From assembly GCA_963977015.1 (NCBI GenBank), contig CAXBMO010000034.1, forward strand, positions 1 through 55,900: a stretch of DNA of 55,900 bases. The letters run 5' to 3'. The DNA comes from an uncultured bacterium (GTDB taxonomy: Bacteria > Verrucomicrobiota > Verrucomicrobiia > Verrucomicrobiales > DEV007). The notes beneath the pieces were generated by a model, which ran no database searches, was not told the origin of the DNA, and was given only the letters and a program-made list of their open reading frames with translations. Position numbers and translations under genes: made by a program. Below, one piece after another: positions 35,907-45,747 of this stretch (the first letter of the stretch is position 1; every line of letters begins with the position of its first letter).

Positions 35907-35956
35907 TTTAACACTTAACGCGCCCTGTGGTATGTCAAATACTTAATTAAATAGTT

Positions 35957-36319
35957 ATGAAAGAAAATTCAAAACCCTCCCCTCAAACCGCTCCCGATGC
36001 TCTCGACCGCCAGTCCTACGAGATGATCGCCGAGCTGTTCAAGGTCTTCGCCGACGCGTCACGGCTCTCAATCCTCCACGCCCTCAAGGGGGGACCCAAA
36101 AGCGTGGGCGAACTGGTCGAACAACTCGGCTCCACCCAGGCCAACATTTCCAAGCACCTGCGCATCCTGAACGACGCCAACATCCTGCAGCGCGAGAAGC
36201 GGGGGACCTCCGCGTTCTACTCCATCGACGACGAGTTCATTTTCCCCCTCTGCGAGCTGATTTGCGACAAGCTGAATCGTGACAGCCAGAATCGGCAGGT
36301 GCTGGATTTTTCGATTTGA
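35957..36319 (+). CDS. ArsR/SmtB-family regulator with C-terminal CxxxC
   Basis: FKVFADASRL.IL, SVGEL, QANISKHL, LCELIC. Confidence 0.92.
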   Translation: MKENSKPSPQTAPDALDRQSYEMIAELFKVFADASRLSILHALKGGPKSVGELVEQLGSTQANISKHLRILNDANILQREKRGTSAFYSIDDEFIFPLCELICDKLNRDSQNRQVLDFSI

Positions 36320-36453
36320 TTGCAGATTGCCCACGAAGACTGTCATCGCCGCGCTAAAGGTTGATCCCGGTAATCCAGCTGGTCGTGGCGGCACCGGCTT
36401 TCGGTGCGCACCAGTGAAAATGGTGGTCGCGCAACTCCTCGACAGAGCGCGCG

Positions 36454-37518
36454 TCAGGGCGTGATGAGAACTTTCAGGACCCCGTCAGCCCGGCTGCCGA
36501 AGAGTTCGTAGCCTTGCTGGATATCGGCCAGCGAGAAGCGGTGCGTTACCAGCATGGTGGGATCGAACCGGCCCGACTGCACCACATTGATAAGCCGGCG
36601 CATCCGTTCCTTCCCGCCGGGGCAAAGGGTGCTGACGATCCGATGGTCGCCCAGTCCCGCCGCGTAGGCTTCATAGGGAATCTCAAGCTTTCCGGAGTAG
36701 ACGCCGAGGCTGGACAAGGTTCCGCCCGGGCGCAGACAGCGCAGGCATTGTTCGAACGTCGCCTGCGTTCCCAACGCTTCGATGGCAACGTCCACGCCTC
36801 CTCCCGTCAATTTGAGAACCTCCTCGACGACGTTGCACTCCTGATAGTTGAGCGTCACGTCGGCCCCCATCTTGCGCGCCATTTCCAGGCGGGGCTCATC
36901 GCCGTCCACCGCAATGATCAGCGTGGCGCCCATCAATTTGGCCCCGACGGTGGCACACAGGCCAATGGGCCCCTGGGCGAAAACCACCACCGCGTCTCCA
37001 ATCTTAATGCCGGCGCTCTCCGCGCCACCAAAGCCGGTGGAAGCGATATCCGCCAGCAGCACGACCTGCTCGTCGGTGACTTCATCGGGGATTTTCGCCA
37101 GGTTTGCCTGGGCGGAGGGCACCAGCAGATACTCCGCTTGGGCTCCGTCGATGGTGTTGCCAAATCGCCAGCCGCCCATCGCCTCGCAGCCCGCGCCGTG
37201 GCCGCATTGCGAGCTCTGGCCGGAAAGGCAGGCGCGGCACTGGCCACAGGGGGTAATCGCCCCAACGAGCACCCGCTCTCCAATCTCGTAACCGGTGACA
37301 CCGGCTCCCAGTTCTTCAATCACGCCGACCGGTTCGTGCCCGATGATCAGGCCCGGTTTCACCGGATATTCGCCGCGCACAATGTGGAGGTCGGTCCCGC
37401 AAATCGTGGTTGCCGTAATTCGGATCACCGCATCGCCCGGCCCGGCGGAAGGCTTGGGGACCGTATCGACGCGGATGTCGTTTACACCGTGGAACACGGT
37501 GGCTTGCATGGTATTCAT
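36454..37518 (-). CDS. Zinc-dependent alcohol dehydrogenase
   Basis: ICGTDLH, GHEPVG, CGQC..C.......C structural Zn site, QGPIG. Confidence 0.93.
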   Translation of the reverse strand: MNTMQATVFHGVNDIRVDTVPKPSAGPGDAVIRITATTICGTDLHIVRGEYPVKPGLIIGHEPVGVIEELGAGVTGYEIGERVLVGAITPCGQCRACLSGQSSQCGHGAGCEAMGGWRFGNTIDGAQAEYLLVPSAQANLAKIPDEVTDEQVVLLADIASTGFGGAESAGIKIGDAVVVFAQGPIGLCATVGAKLMGATLIIAVDGDEPRLEMARKMGADVTLNYQECNVVEEVLKLTGGGVDVAIEALGTQATFEQCLRCLRPGGTLSSLGVYSGKLEIPYEAYAAGLGDHRIVSTLCPGGKERMRRLINVVQSGRFDPTMLVTHRFSLADIQQGYELFGSRADGVLKVLITP

Positions 37519-37828
37519 GGGGGAGGTTTGAGCGTTTTTGGGTTTGGAATTCCACCTTTGTCGAGGCGGGAGTGTTCCGCTCCGCACCGTTTGCGCGCTT
37601 CTGCGCGAATCGTGACAAATGTGGGGAAGTGCTCACCGGGACCGATGCTGGTTGCATGGTCAAGATTGCCGGCATGTGGCGATGCTGTTGGTTAGGATTT
37701 CCCCGGCGGTTTCCGGGAGGGGGAAGCCGAGGTTGAGAAAAAAGGTCATCCTCCGGTTCGGCGCGCTGGCATGTGATCGTTCTGAAGAGCAACGACGATC
37801 AGGGCATGATCACCTCGAAAGTTCAGAC

Positions 37829-37845
37829 TCATGTTTAATACATGA
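37829..37845. promoter_or_regulatory. Candidate XRE operator
   Basis: TCATGT-N5-ACATGA inverted repeat in an AT-rich patch upstream of the XRE gene. Confidence 0.45.
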
Positions 37846-37890
37846 ACATAAGTATCTTGAATATGACTCTGGATATCTTAAATGTGCCAA

Positions 37891-38205
37891 ATGATCACCG
37901 CCACCCAAATGCGCGCCGCCCGTGCACTCCTCGGCATCGACCAAAAAACCCTAGCCGAGTTGGCCGGGCTTTCCGTCCCGACGATCCAGCGAATGGAGGC
38001 CAGCGATGGGAATGTGCGAGGCGTTGTCGAGAGCCTGAGCAAGGTGGTCGAGGCGCTTGACCGGGCGGGGATCGACCTGATCGCGGAAGGCGCAGCCAGC
38101 GCGACCGGCGGGCGCGGCGTCCGGCTGAAATCGCCCGCGCCCAACGACGCCGCTCCCGATGAAGCGGCCGAAATTTCCCCTTCGCAAGTTCCTCCCGCTT
38201 CATGA
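37891..38205 (+). CDS. XRE-family HTH regulator
   Basis: MITATQMRAARALLGIDQKTLAELAGLSVPTIQRME...GRGVRL. Confidence 0.9.
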   Translation: MITATQMRAARALLGIDQKTLAELAGLSVPTIQRMEASDGNVRGVVESLSKVVEALDRAGIDLIAEGAASATGGRGVRLKSPAPNDAAPDEAAEISPSQVPPAS

Positions 38206-39938
38206 GCGCACCCAAGACACCATCCCGGAATACTCCGACCTTCGCGGAGCTTTTTGTCCCGAAACTTCTCACCGTCCTGCGCGAGGGCTACGGATGGCGG
38301 CATCTGCGCTCGGACGCCATCGCCGGGTTGACCGTCGCGATCGTGGCGTTGCCGCTCTCGATGGCCATCGCGATCGCATCCGGCGCCTCTCCCGCGCAGG
38401 GGCTTTACACCGCCATCGTGGGCGGATTTCTGGTTTCGATGCTGGGTGGATCGCGCTTCCAGATCGGCGGCCCGGCGGGGGCTTTCATCGTGCTGGTCTC
38501 CGCAACCGTGACCGCGCATGGCATCGACGGGCTGATCCTCGCGACCTTTCTTTCCGGTCTCCTTCTGGTGGTGGCGGGGCTCTTGCGGCTCGGCGCCTTG
38601 GTGAAATACATCCCTTTTCCGGTGACGGTCGGGTTCACCGCCGGTATCGCGGTGATCATCTTCGTTAGCCAGCTCAAGGAGTTGCTCGGGCTCTCGCTCG
38701 ATCACGAGCCGGGTGAGATCCTGGAGAAAATCCCGGCGCTGTGGTTGGCTCGAGCCAGTTTTTCGCCCGCTGCCATCGCGGTGGCGGGGCTGGCGGTGCT
38801 GCTTATTGTTGCGCTACGCCGGTGGCGGCCCCGCTGGCCGGCGATGCTGATCGCGGTCGTCGTCGCCGCCGTGGTCACGGCGCTGTTCCACTTGCCGGTC
38901 GATACGATCGGCTCGCGTTTTGGCGGGATACCCTCGTCGCTGCCAGCTCCCAGTCTTCCCGATTTCTCGTTCGCCAAAGTCCTCGCCGTCCTTCCCGCGG
39001 CGGGCGCTTTCACCCTGTTGGGCGCGATCGAATCGTTGCTTTCGGCGGTGGTGGCGGATGGAATGACGGGCCGGCGGCATCGCTCGAACTGCGAGCTCGT
39101 GGCGCAGGGCGTGGCCAATGTCGGGGCCTCGCTCTTCGGCGGATTCTGCGTGACCGGCACCATCGCCCGCACCGCGACCAGCGTGCGATCCGGAGCGCAT
39201 GGGCCGATTGCCGGGATGTTGCACGCGGTCTTTCTCCTCCTTTTCATGCTGATCGCCGCGCCGCTTGCTTCCTACATTCCGCTCGCGGGTTTGGCCGCGG
39301 TGCTCGCCGTCGTGGCTTGGAACATGATCGAGAAACCCGCCATCGCCGTTCTGGTGCGGTCGGGGTGGGGCGAGGCGTCCGTGTTGGCCGCGACCTTTCT
39401 GCTGACCGTTTTTCGCGATCTCACCGAAGGCATCGTGGTGGGATTTGCCCTTGGTTCGCTGCTTTTCATTCAGCGCATGAGCCGTGCAACCGCAGTGACC
39501 ACTCACAAATCCTTTGTCGGTCGCGACGAAGCGGACACCGTGCCGTCGCGCACCGGCTACGACGAAGAATCCGCCACCGATCCGGAGATCATCATCTACC
39601 GCATCACCGGGGCGCTCTTCTTTGGGGCGGCCGCTTCCATCGGTTCGGTGCTGGATCGTATCCACGCCAGTCACAAGGCGTTGATCGTGGATTTCACGGC
39701 GGTTCCCTTTCTCGACTCGACCGGCGCGAACATGATCGAAGGCCTCGCCCACAAGGCGAAACACGAAGGGATTTCCTTGTGGCTGACGGGAGCCAGCCGT
39801 GACATCGAGCGCGTCTTTGTGGCTCATGATTTGAAGCAACCGCTCGTCCAACACGCCGCAACGATCGAGGAAGCGCTGGCCGACGTGAATCGCGACGATT
39901 CCGCGTCCCCTGAGGCGAGCGTCAGCGAAAGTGTCTGA
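38202..39938 (+). CDS. SulP-family anion transporter with STAS domain
   Basis: DAIAGLTVAIVALPLSMA, QIGGPAGAF, AIESLLSAVVADG, STAS VPFLDSTG. Confidence 0.95.
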   Translation: MSAPKTPSRNTPTFAELFVPKLLTVLREGYGWRHLRSDAIAGLTVAIVALPLSMAIAIASGASPAQGLYTAIVGGFLVSMLGGSRFQIGGPAGAFIVLVSATVTAHGIDGLILATFLSGLLLVVAGLLRLGALVKYIPFPVTVGFTAGIAVIIFVSQLKELLGLSLDHEPGEILEKIPALWLARASFSPAAIAVAGLAVLLIVALRRWRPRWPAMLIAVVVAAVVTALFHLPVDTIGSRFGGIPSSLPAPSLPDFSFAKVLAVLPAAGAFTLLGAIESLLSAVVADGMTGRRHRSNCELVAQGVANVGASLFGGFCVTGTIARTATSVRSGAHGPIAGMLHAVFLLLFMLIAAPLASYIPLAGLAAVLAVVAWNMIEKPAIAVLVRSGWGEASVLAATFLLTVFRDLTEGIVVGFALGSLLFIQRMSRATAVTTHKSFVGRDEADTVPSRTGYDEESATDPEIIIYRITGALFFGAAASIGSVLDRIHASHKALIVDFTAVPFLDSTGANMIEGLAHKAKHEGISLWLTGASRDIERVFVAHDLKQPLVQHAATIEEALADVNRDDSASPEASVSESV

Positions 39939-40067
39939 GCCGGGGCCGGAATTTGCCCCTGGCCCTGCAACAACCTCAGCGCCGGATCCTGAGCACGCTT
40001 CTTTTTCGCATTTTTGGCCGGGGTCCCTTTACACCGCCGACTTGGGTGCCCATAATCCCGCCCAGGC

Positions 40068-41756
40068 ATGGCCAAATTGAAACTGTTCCTCTCCTACCGG
40101 CGCGACGACCTGCACGGGCATGCCGCAGCGCTGGTTGGGCGAATCTACGACCGGCTTTCGGCGCATTACGGCGGCGAGAACGTCTTCATGGACGTCGATA
40201 CCATCCCGCCGGGCGTCGATTTCGTCGAGCATCTCACCCTGGCCGTGGAGCAGACCAACGTGCTGCTCGCCGTGGTCGGCGACCGCTGGACCGAGCTGAT
40301 GCGGGCCCGGGGCGATGAGGACGATTTCGTCCGGATCGAGATCGAGGCTGCCCTCGGATTGTCGATCCCGGTCGTGCCGCTCCTCGTCGGCGGGGCGGAC
40401 ATGCCAAAAGCCGACGACCTCCCGCCCGCGTTGCAACCCTTCATCCGGCGCAACGCCGTCCCGATCGACTCCGGCCGCGATTTCAACCCTCACATCACCC
40501 GGCTCATCGCGGATCTGGACCGGTATTTTGGGGATCAAGCGGGAATTTCCGCGTCCGAGCCTGTCCCAGCGCCGGAAACCGCAGTTGTACCGGACGACGC
40601 GATGTTCAATTACGATTTGGACCCTCCGGATTTCGAGGAAGATGAAACGGCCGAGCCAGAAACCGCCGCGGAAACGGAAGCGGTGATGTTCGAGGATGAT
40701 TTCGATCTTCCGGAAATCGAGGAAGAGGAATCGGATGAGCCGGAGAAAGCGACGAAATCGGCAGCGGTGATGTTCGAGGACGATTTCGATCTTCCGGAAG
40801 TGGAGGACGAAACGGATGCGGACGACGTGGCAAATGTTCCGGATATCGAGGAACCAAATCAGATCCCCGAAGCGGCAGACAATTTCGGAACTGATCGGAA
40901 GAATCCGCGCAAGCGGCTCTTTGGAATCGCGGCGGCTTTGGCAGTCGGCGCGGTTCTCCTGAAATTGAGCCTGCCGGCTGGCAACGATTTTCCGGACGCG
41001 GTGTTTCCGGAGCCGATCGCGAATCGGAACGCTAAGGAGGGCGAGAATTTCATCAGTGAGTCCGGGATCGAGTTCATGTGGTGCGAGCCAGGAAGTTTTA
41101 GGATGGGCCCCGAAATTAGTCAGCCCTACCAACCAGGTGATGAGCCACATCAAGTGACGTTGACGAAAGGATTCTGGATTGGGCGGTTTGAAGTCACCCA
41201 GCAACAGTGGAAAGAGGTTATGAGGAACAACCCGAGCCGCTTCAAGCGTTCTGGACCGATGGCGCCGGTCGAAAGTGTTAGTTGGGACGACGCCATGGAA
41301 TTTTGCCGAAAGCTGACCGAAAAAGAGCGGGCCAGCGGTTCACTGCCCAGCGGGTGGAAATACACCCTGCCGACCGAGGCCCAGTGGGAATACGCCTGTC
41401 GCGCAGGAACCAACACGTCCTTCAGTTTTGGCGACGATGAGTCGATGTTGGGAAGCTACGCGTGGTTTAACGAAAACAGTGACGAGAAAACCCATCCCGT
41501 GGGCCAGAAGAAGCCCAACTCCTGGGGCCTCTACGACATGCACGGCAATGTCTGGGAATGGTGCTACGATGGGTATGCTTCCTATCCCAGCACCGAGGTT
41601 ACCGATCCCACGGGCCCGAAGGTGCAGGCCCGGGTCTACCGGGGCGGTGGCTGGCCGCCCGATGCCAACTACTGCCGCTCGGCGCGCCGAAGCTGGAACT
41701 ACCCGTACGGCCGGAGGAACGACCTGGGGTTTCGCCCAGTCCGGTCTGCCGAATAA
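40068..41756 (+). CDS. TIR domain - acidic repeats - TM - FGE-sulfatase (SUMF1) domain protein
   Basis: LFLSYRR, VFMDVD.IPPG, FVRIEIE; TM about aa 285-302; LPTEAQWEYACRAG, GLYDMHGNVWEWC, RGGGW, GFR. Confidence 0.9.
   Translation: MAKLKLFLSYRRDDLHGHAAALVGRIYDRLSAHYGGENVFMDVDTIPPGVDFVEHLTLAVEQTNVLLAVVGDRWTELMRARGDEDDFVRIEIEAALGLSIPVVPLLVGGADMPKADDLPPALQPFIRRNAVPIDSGRDFNPHITRLIADLDRYFGDQAGISASEPVPAPETAVVPDDAMFNYDLDPPDFEEDETAEPETAAETEAVMFEDDFDLPEIEEEESDEPEKATKSAAVMFEDDFDLPEVEDETDADDVANVPDIEEPNQIPEAADNFGTDRKNPRKRLFGIAAALAVGAVLLKLSLPAGNDFPDAVFPEPIANRNAKEGENFISESGIEFMWCEPGSFRMGPEISQPYQPGDEPHQVTLTKGFWIGRFEVTQQQWKEVMRNNPSRFKRSGPMAPVESVSWDDAMEFCRKLTEKERASGSLPSGWKYTLPTEAQWEYACRAGTNTSFSFGDDESMLGSYAWFNENSDEKTHPVGQKKPNSWGLYDMHGNVWEWCYDGYASYPSTEVTDPTGPKVQARVYRGGGWPPDANYCRSARRSWNYPYGRRNDLGFRPVRSAE
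40602..40853 (+). repeat. Three 84-bp (28-aa) acidic tandem repeats
   Basis: ATG TTC units at 40602, 40686 and 40770: MFNYDLDPPDFEE / MFEDDFDLPEIEE / MFEDDFDLPEVED. Confidence 0.85.
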
Positions 41757-42097
41757 TCGCGATCGGAACAGGCGGAGCGGCGCATTTTGGGCCATCAACC
41801 GTGAATCCGGTTCCGGTGCGCTTGAAGGGAGCGATTGGCCTTGATTTCAGCCGTCCAGTTCCTCGTCTTCCCTTACCACCGATTCCGGAGTGGCAAGCTC
41901 TTCGTTTTGGTTAGCGAAGCTCGATAGAGTCGACGATATGAGGCAATAACAACGATTGGCTAACCCTCGAGTGAAACCACGATGGTTCTTCGCGTCGGCT
42001 GGTACTCTGATTGGCTGCGACACCCCCAATTTTGCTGCTCCCGTTCGACGGCGCTTCCGTAGCTGACATGGAAGTGGTCGAACGTTGGCCGACTGGT

Positions 42098-43021
42098 CTA
42101 GATGCCCATCATCGTCCGGACATGCAACGCGGCACAGCGACCGAGCGGCTCCAGGTCATACCCGCCCTCCAACGCGGAAACCAGGCGTCCGCCGGCATGG
42201 CGACCTGCTGCGTCCACGATCCATTCGGTGATCCAGCGGTAGTCGTCATCGCTGAACGCCAGATCGCTGATCGAGTCGGCTGCGTGGGCATCAAATCCGG
42301 CTGAAACGAAGATCATTTCCGGTCGGAATTCGTCCAGCGCGGGAGACCAAATGCGGCGAACCACTTCGCGAAACGACTCGCCTCCGGCACCGAATCCCAG
42401 TTCGATGTTCGCGATTCGATCCGTCGATTCCGCGATTTCGGTAGAAGGAAAGAGATCGCGCTGAAACGCGGAGCAGAAAAGGATGCGGGACTCATCCTGG
42501 AAGATGTCTTCAGTGCCATTTCCATGGTGGGCGTCGAAATCGATGATGGCGACGCGCTTCAAGCCCCAGGTTTCCAACGCATGGGCCGCACCGACGGCGA
42601 TGTTGTTGAAGAAGCAAAAACCCATGGCCTTGTCTCTGGTGGCGTGATGCCCGGGGGGGCGGATGTTGCAGAACGCATCCGTTGCTTCGCTCTTCATGAC
42701 CAGATCCGTCGCGTGAATCACGGCGCCCGCAGCCCGGCGCGCGGCTTCTAGGGTGTTGGAATCCATCGGAGTGTCCGCATCGAGAAAAACCGTGCCGGAG
42801 TCCGGCGCGGTCGCAAGCAAACGTTGGATGTAGTCCTTGGTGTGAACGCGCTCCAGCTCCTCGATCGTGGCGCGGGGAGCTTCGAACTCGTGGAGAAGGT
42901 CAAAAACTCCCGTGGAAACCAGCCGGTCCTGAATCGCGCTCAATCGCTCGGGACATTCCGGGTGGCCGCAGCCTGCGAGATGCGCAAAACAGGATGGGTG
43001 AGATAGGTAGGCGGTCGGCAT
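42098..43021 (-). CDS. Histone deacetylase-family (Zn-dependent) deacylase
   Basis: HPECPERL, RPPGHHA, GFCFFNN, DFDAHHGNGT, SAGFDAH, LEGGY. Confidence 0.95.
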   Translation of the reverse strand: MPTAYLSHPSCFAHLAGCGHPECPERLSAIQDRLVSTGVFDLLHEFEAPRATIEELERVHTKDYIQRLLATAPDSGTVFLDADTPMDSNTLEAARRAAGAVIHATDLVMKSEATDAFCNIRPPGHHATRDKAMGFCFFNNIAVGAAHALETWGLKRVAIIDFDAHHGNGTEDIFQDESRILFCSAFQRDLFPSTEIAESTDRIANIELGFGAGGESFREVVRRIWSPALDEFRPEMIFVSAGFDAHAADSISDLAFSDDDYRWITEWIVDAAGRHAGGRLVSALEGGYDLEPLGRCAALHVRTMMGI

Positions 43022-43294
43022 GGTGGAAAGAGATCAGGTTGCGGGAAGGTCGTGCGGCGGGAGCAGAGTGTTTAATAAGAGCGGGGCGATGATGGAAGTC
43101 GAGGCGCAAACCAGGTCCATCGTGGGAAAAACAGCTCAGGCGCCACCCAAGGCTCCATGCATGGTGAACAGGGCAAACTACCGAACGCGGAATCATGCTA
43201 ATCTACAGAATCTACGCTTCGCGACGAAATCAACCCCTGCGCAACCTTAGTGTATACCAGAAGGCGGGGCGCAATCTGCTCCGTGCCAAGTTGA

Positions 43295-44290
43295 TTAGTT
43301 GACCACATTCCTCAGAGGTTGCCCGAGAAGAGCTCGAAGCACTTCCTGGGCTCCTTTCGTGCGAAATTCCTCAGCACCTTCTTCGCAGTAGAACGCGGAG
43401 TGCGGATTGAGGAGAAGTCGATCGTGGGCGGGGTGATCAGGATTACGCCACGCCGCGATGACCGGAGAATCTGCAGCCGGAGGTTCCTGCTCCAAAACGT
43501 CGATTCCTGCTCCGGAAAGATGACCGCTGGCTAAGGCTTCAACCACGGAAACGGTATCGACAACGCCACCCCGCGAAGTGTTGATGATAACCGAACCTTC
43601 CCGCATTTGCGCGAGCTCGTCTTTCCTTATCAGGCTCCGGGTTTCGTGGGTCAGAGGACAGTGCAGGCTCACCACATGGGAGGAACCAAGAAGCTCGCTC
43701 AATTGGTTGACGCGCCGGATCCCAAGCGCCTTTTCAACGCCGTCCGGAAGATATGGATCGTAGAATGCGACGTCGAAGCCGAAAGTCTTTGCGCGGAGGG
43801 CCGTCGCAGTCCCAATGCGACCGCAGCCGATGATTCCAAAAACCTGGCCTCGCAGTCGTGGTACTGGCATTGCTTGATCAACATTCCAATCTCCAACGCC
43901 TCGACGCAACCGACTGTTGAGAAAGTGGATTCCCCGGGAGAGGGAAATCGCCATGCCGATAGCTGAATCCGCGACTTCTTCCGTTCCGTAGTCGGGCACG
44001 TTGCAAACGGGGATTCCGTGTTCGCGTGCAGCTTCGATGTCGACGCCGTCGTAGCCGACCCCGGGCCGGACTATGACCTTACAGTTGGTAAGCCTCTCAA
44101 TGCTGGCACGGGTAAAGCGAAAATAGTGGTACACCATGATCGCCTCTGCATCCTCAATCCGCCCTTTCAGATCTTCTTCACACATGGCTTCGAGAGCGGT
44201 GATCTCAGCGTGACCATCCAGCACCCGGCGTTCGTGATCGAGCGGTTCAGCAATGAAATCGGTGATGACGACTTTTGGAATCCTACTCAT
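43295..44290 (-). CDS. CtBP-like D-2-hydroxyacid dehydrogenase
   Basis: GVGYD, NVPDYGTEEVAD, GCGRIG, HCPL, NTSRG, PHSAFY. Confidence 0.92.
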   Translation of the reverse strand: MSRIPKVVITDFIAEPLDHERRVLDGHAEITALEAMCEEDLKGRIEDAEAIMVYHYFRFTRASIERLTNCKVIVRPGVGYDGVDIEAAREHGIPVCNVPDYGTEEVADSAIGMAISLSRGIHFLNSRLRRGVGDWNVDQAMPVPRLRGQVFGIIGCGRIGTATALRAKTFGFDVAFYDPYLPDGVEKALGIRRVNQLSELLGSSHVVSLHCPLTHETRSLIRKDELAQMREGSVIINTSRGGVVDTVSVVEALASGHLSGAGIDVLEQEPPAADSPVIAAWRNPDHPAHDRLLLNPHSAFYCEEGAEEFRTKGAQEVLRALLGQPLRNVVN

Positions 44291-44374
44291 GACGTGATGA
44301 AGACCACGCTGCCGCGTATGCAGGCGACCTCAAGATCCTAATCGCAGAATGAACTGAGGCCCCCCAGAAAAACT

Positions 44375-44407
44375 GAAGATAGGTGGATGCAGCATCCACC
44401 TATCTTC
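44375..44407 (-). terminator. 16-bp perfect inverted repeat, probable terminator of the wza-like gene
   Basis: GAAGATAGGTGGATGC-A-GCATCCACCTATCTTC, followed on minus by AGTTTTT. Confidence 0.65.
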
Positions 44408-44429
44408 GTCAGTAATTGGAACTGGGAAA

Positions 44430-45572
44430 TTAATCCGAAATCCGTTCGGCAACTGAAGCAACCCCAAGCAATGGGAGGACCACCGTCATAGCCCGCTGCC
44501 ATTTTGCGATGCCCGACTCACTTACGTAGACAACGTCTTCTGGTTCGAGAATAAAATGCTGAGCCAATGGAATTCCATTGTTCTTCACCAAGTCGATACC
44601 ATGAATTTTGACGCGTCCATCGGGCGCCAGGCGAAAGACGAATACGCCATGCGCATTGCCTCTCCCAAGCCCGCCTGCCTGCGCCAATGCATCCATCAGG
44701 GTTGGTTTGTCGTCAGCAAAAGCAAAGCGGCCGGAAGTCTTCGCACCCATCACCTGAACCGCAAATCCCTCGTTCTCAATCACATGAAGCACATCACCGT
44801 CCTGTGCCAACGCTGCGGACCGAGTCAGTTGTTCCAGATTCGTCGCATAAGATTTTCCTCCTCGCAGTAAGCGATAGGTAACGAGGTGTTCCTCATCAAC
44901 ACCCCCCGCCGAACCAAGCGCATCCAGAACCGTGAAACCTTTGCGGTTAATTTCAACAGGCCCAGGAGAGGCTACCGCACCCATCACCATAATTTGAAGT
45001 GGGCGCCTAGCCACTCTCGTGACCTCCACTTCAGCGGTTGTCGAAATCTGGTCAATACGCTGGTTGAGCTCACGCACCAATTCTCCAACACTCCAATCCA
45101 GCACGTTAATCTCAGCGAGATAAGGAATCTTGATGACACCATCTTCCAAGACTTCAAATGGTCCAAATCGAATTCCCTGCGGACCATCATTTCGAACAGA
45201 ATAGAAGGGACTGCGCTCCGTAGTGTCATGAATGGTAATCAATAATTGATCTTCCGGGGCAATTTCATGCCGATAGGTCATCCCATAAGCAGGCGGAAGA
45301 GACGCCACCTTAAGGGCTTCAAGTCTTGGTTTTGGCAAATCACGCGCAGTGTGAATCGGAATGTAGTCGACACCCTCGTCATGGTGGCCACTGATCGCCC
45401 CATTTACTGAAGCTGCCTTCCTCTGTTCAAGCTTCTGCATTCTGTTCCCAACTTGCCCCGGAGGAAGCCCGGAGACTTCGCGGAGCTGCTTTGCCGAAGG
45501 GCCAGCCCCATCAAAAAATCCGCAACTGGCGAGGCAGAGGGCGAAGAGAGATAGTAAAGATTTTTGGAACAT
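44430..45572 (-). CDS. wza: Polysaccharide export (OPX/Wza-like) lipoprotein
   Basis: Lipobox LASC, Poly_export IAPEDQL...DG.I.IPY, SLBB repeats, C-terminal amphipathic helix. Confidence 0.8.
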   Translation of the reverse strand: MFQKSLLSLFALCLASCGFFDGAGPSAKQLREVSGLPPGQVGNRMQKLEQRKAASVNGAISGHHDEGVDYIPIHTARDLPKPRLEALKVASLPPAYGMTYRHEIAPEDQLLITIHDTTERSPFYSVRNDGPQGIRFGPFEVLEDGVIKIPYLAEINVLDWSVGELVRELNQRIDQISTTAEVEVTRVARRPLQIMVMGAVASPGPVEINRKGFTVLDALGSAGGVDEEHLVTYRLLRGGKSYATNLEQLTRSAALAQDGDVLHVIENEGFAVQVMGAKTSGRFAFADDKPTLMDALAQAGGLGRGNAHGVFVFRLAPDGRVKIHGIDLVKNNGIPLAQHFILEPEDVVYVSESGIAKWQRAMTVVLPLLGVASVAERISD

Positions 45573-45747
45573 TAAGATAGCTTAAATAAAATTTTAGAAA
45601 GGGCAACCCTATTTTTCAGACATTGAAGTGGGCGTCAGCAATGCATTGGATCGGTGAAGTTTCGAAGTACCATAAAAACCATTTTAAAAAGTTGTGATCC
45701 GTTCCGGAAACTGTATTTTTCTTCATCTTTGTTATATATTTGTAAAA

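Noticed and set aside
40602-40853. Periodic repeats as a possible CRISPR array
   Set aside because: The units are in-frame 84-bp coding repeats with similar 'spacers', and there are no cas genes.
41636-42090. Complete DGR cassette at the FGE gene
   Set aside because: No template repeat, reverse transcriptase or avd gene is present in the window.
44375-44407. Long perfect palindrome as a REP or recombination site
   Set aside because: Single copy in the window; its position and T-tract fit a simple terminator.
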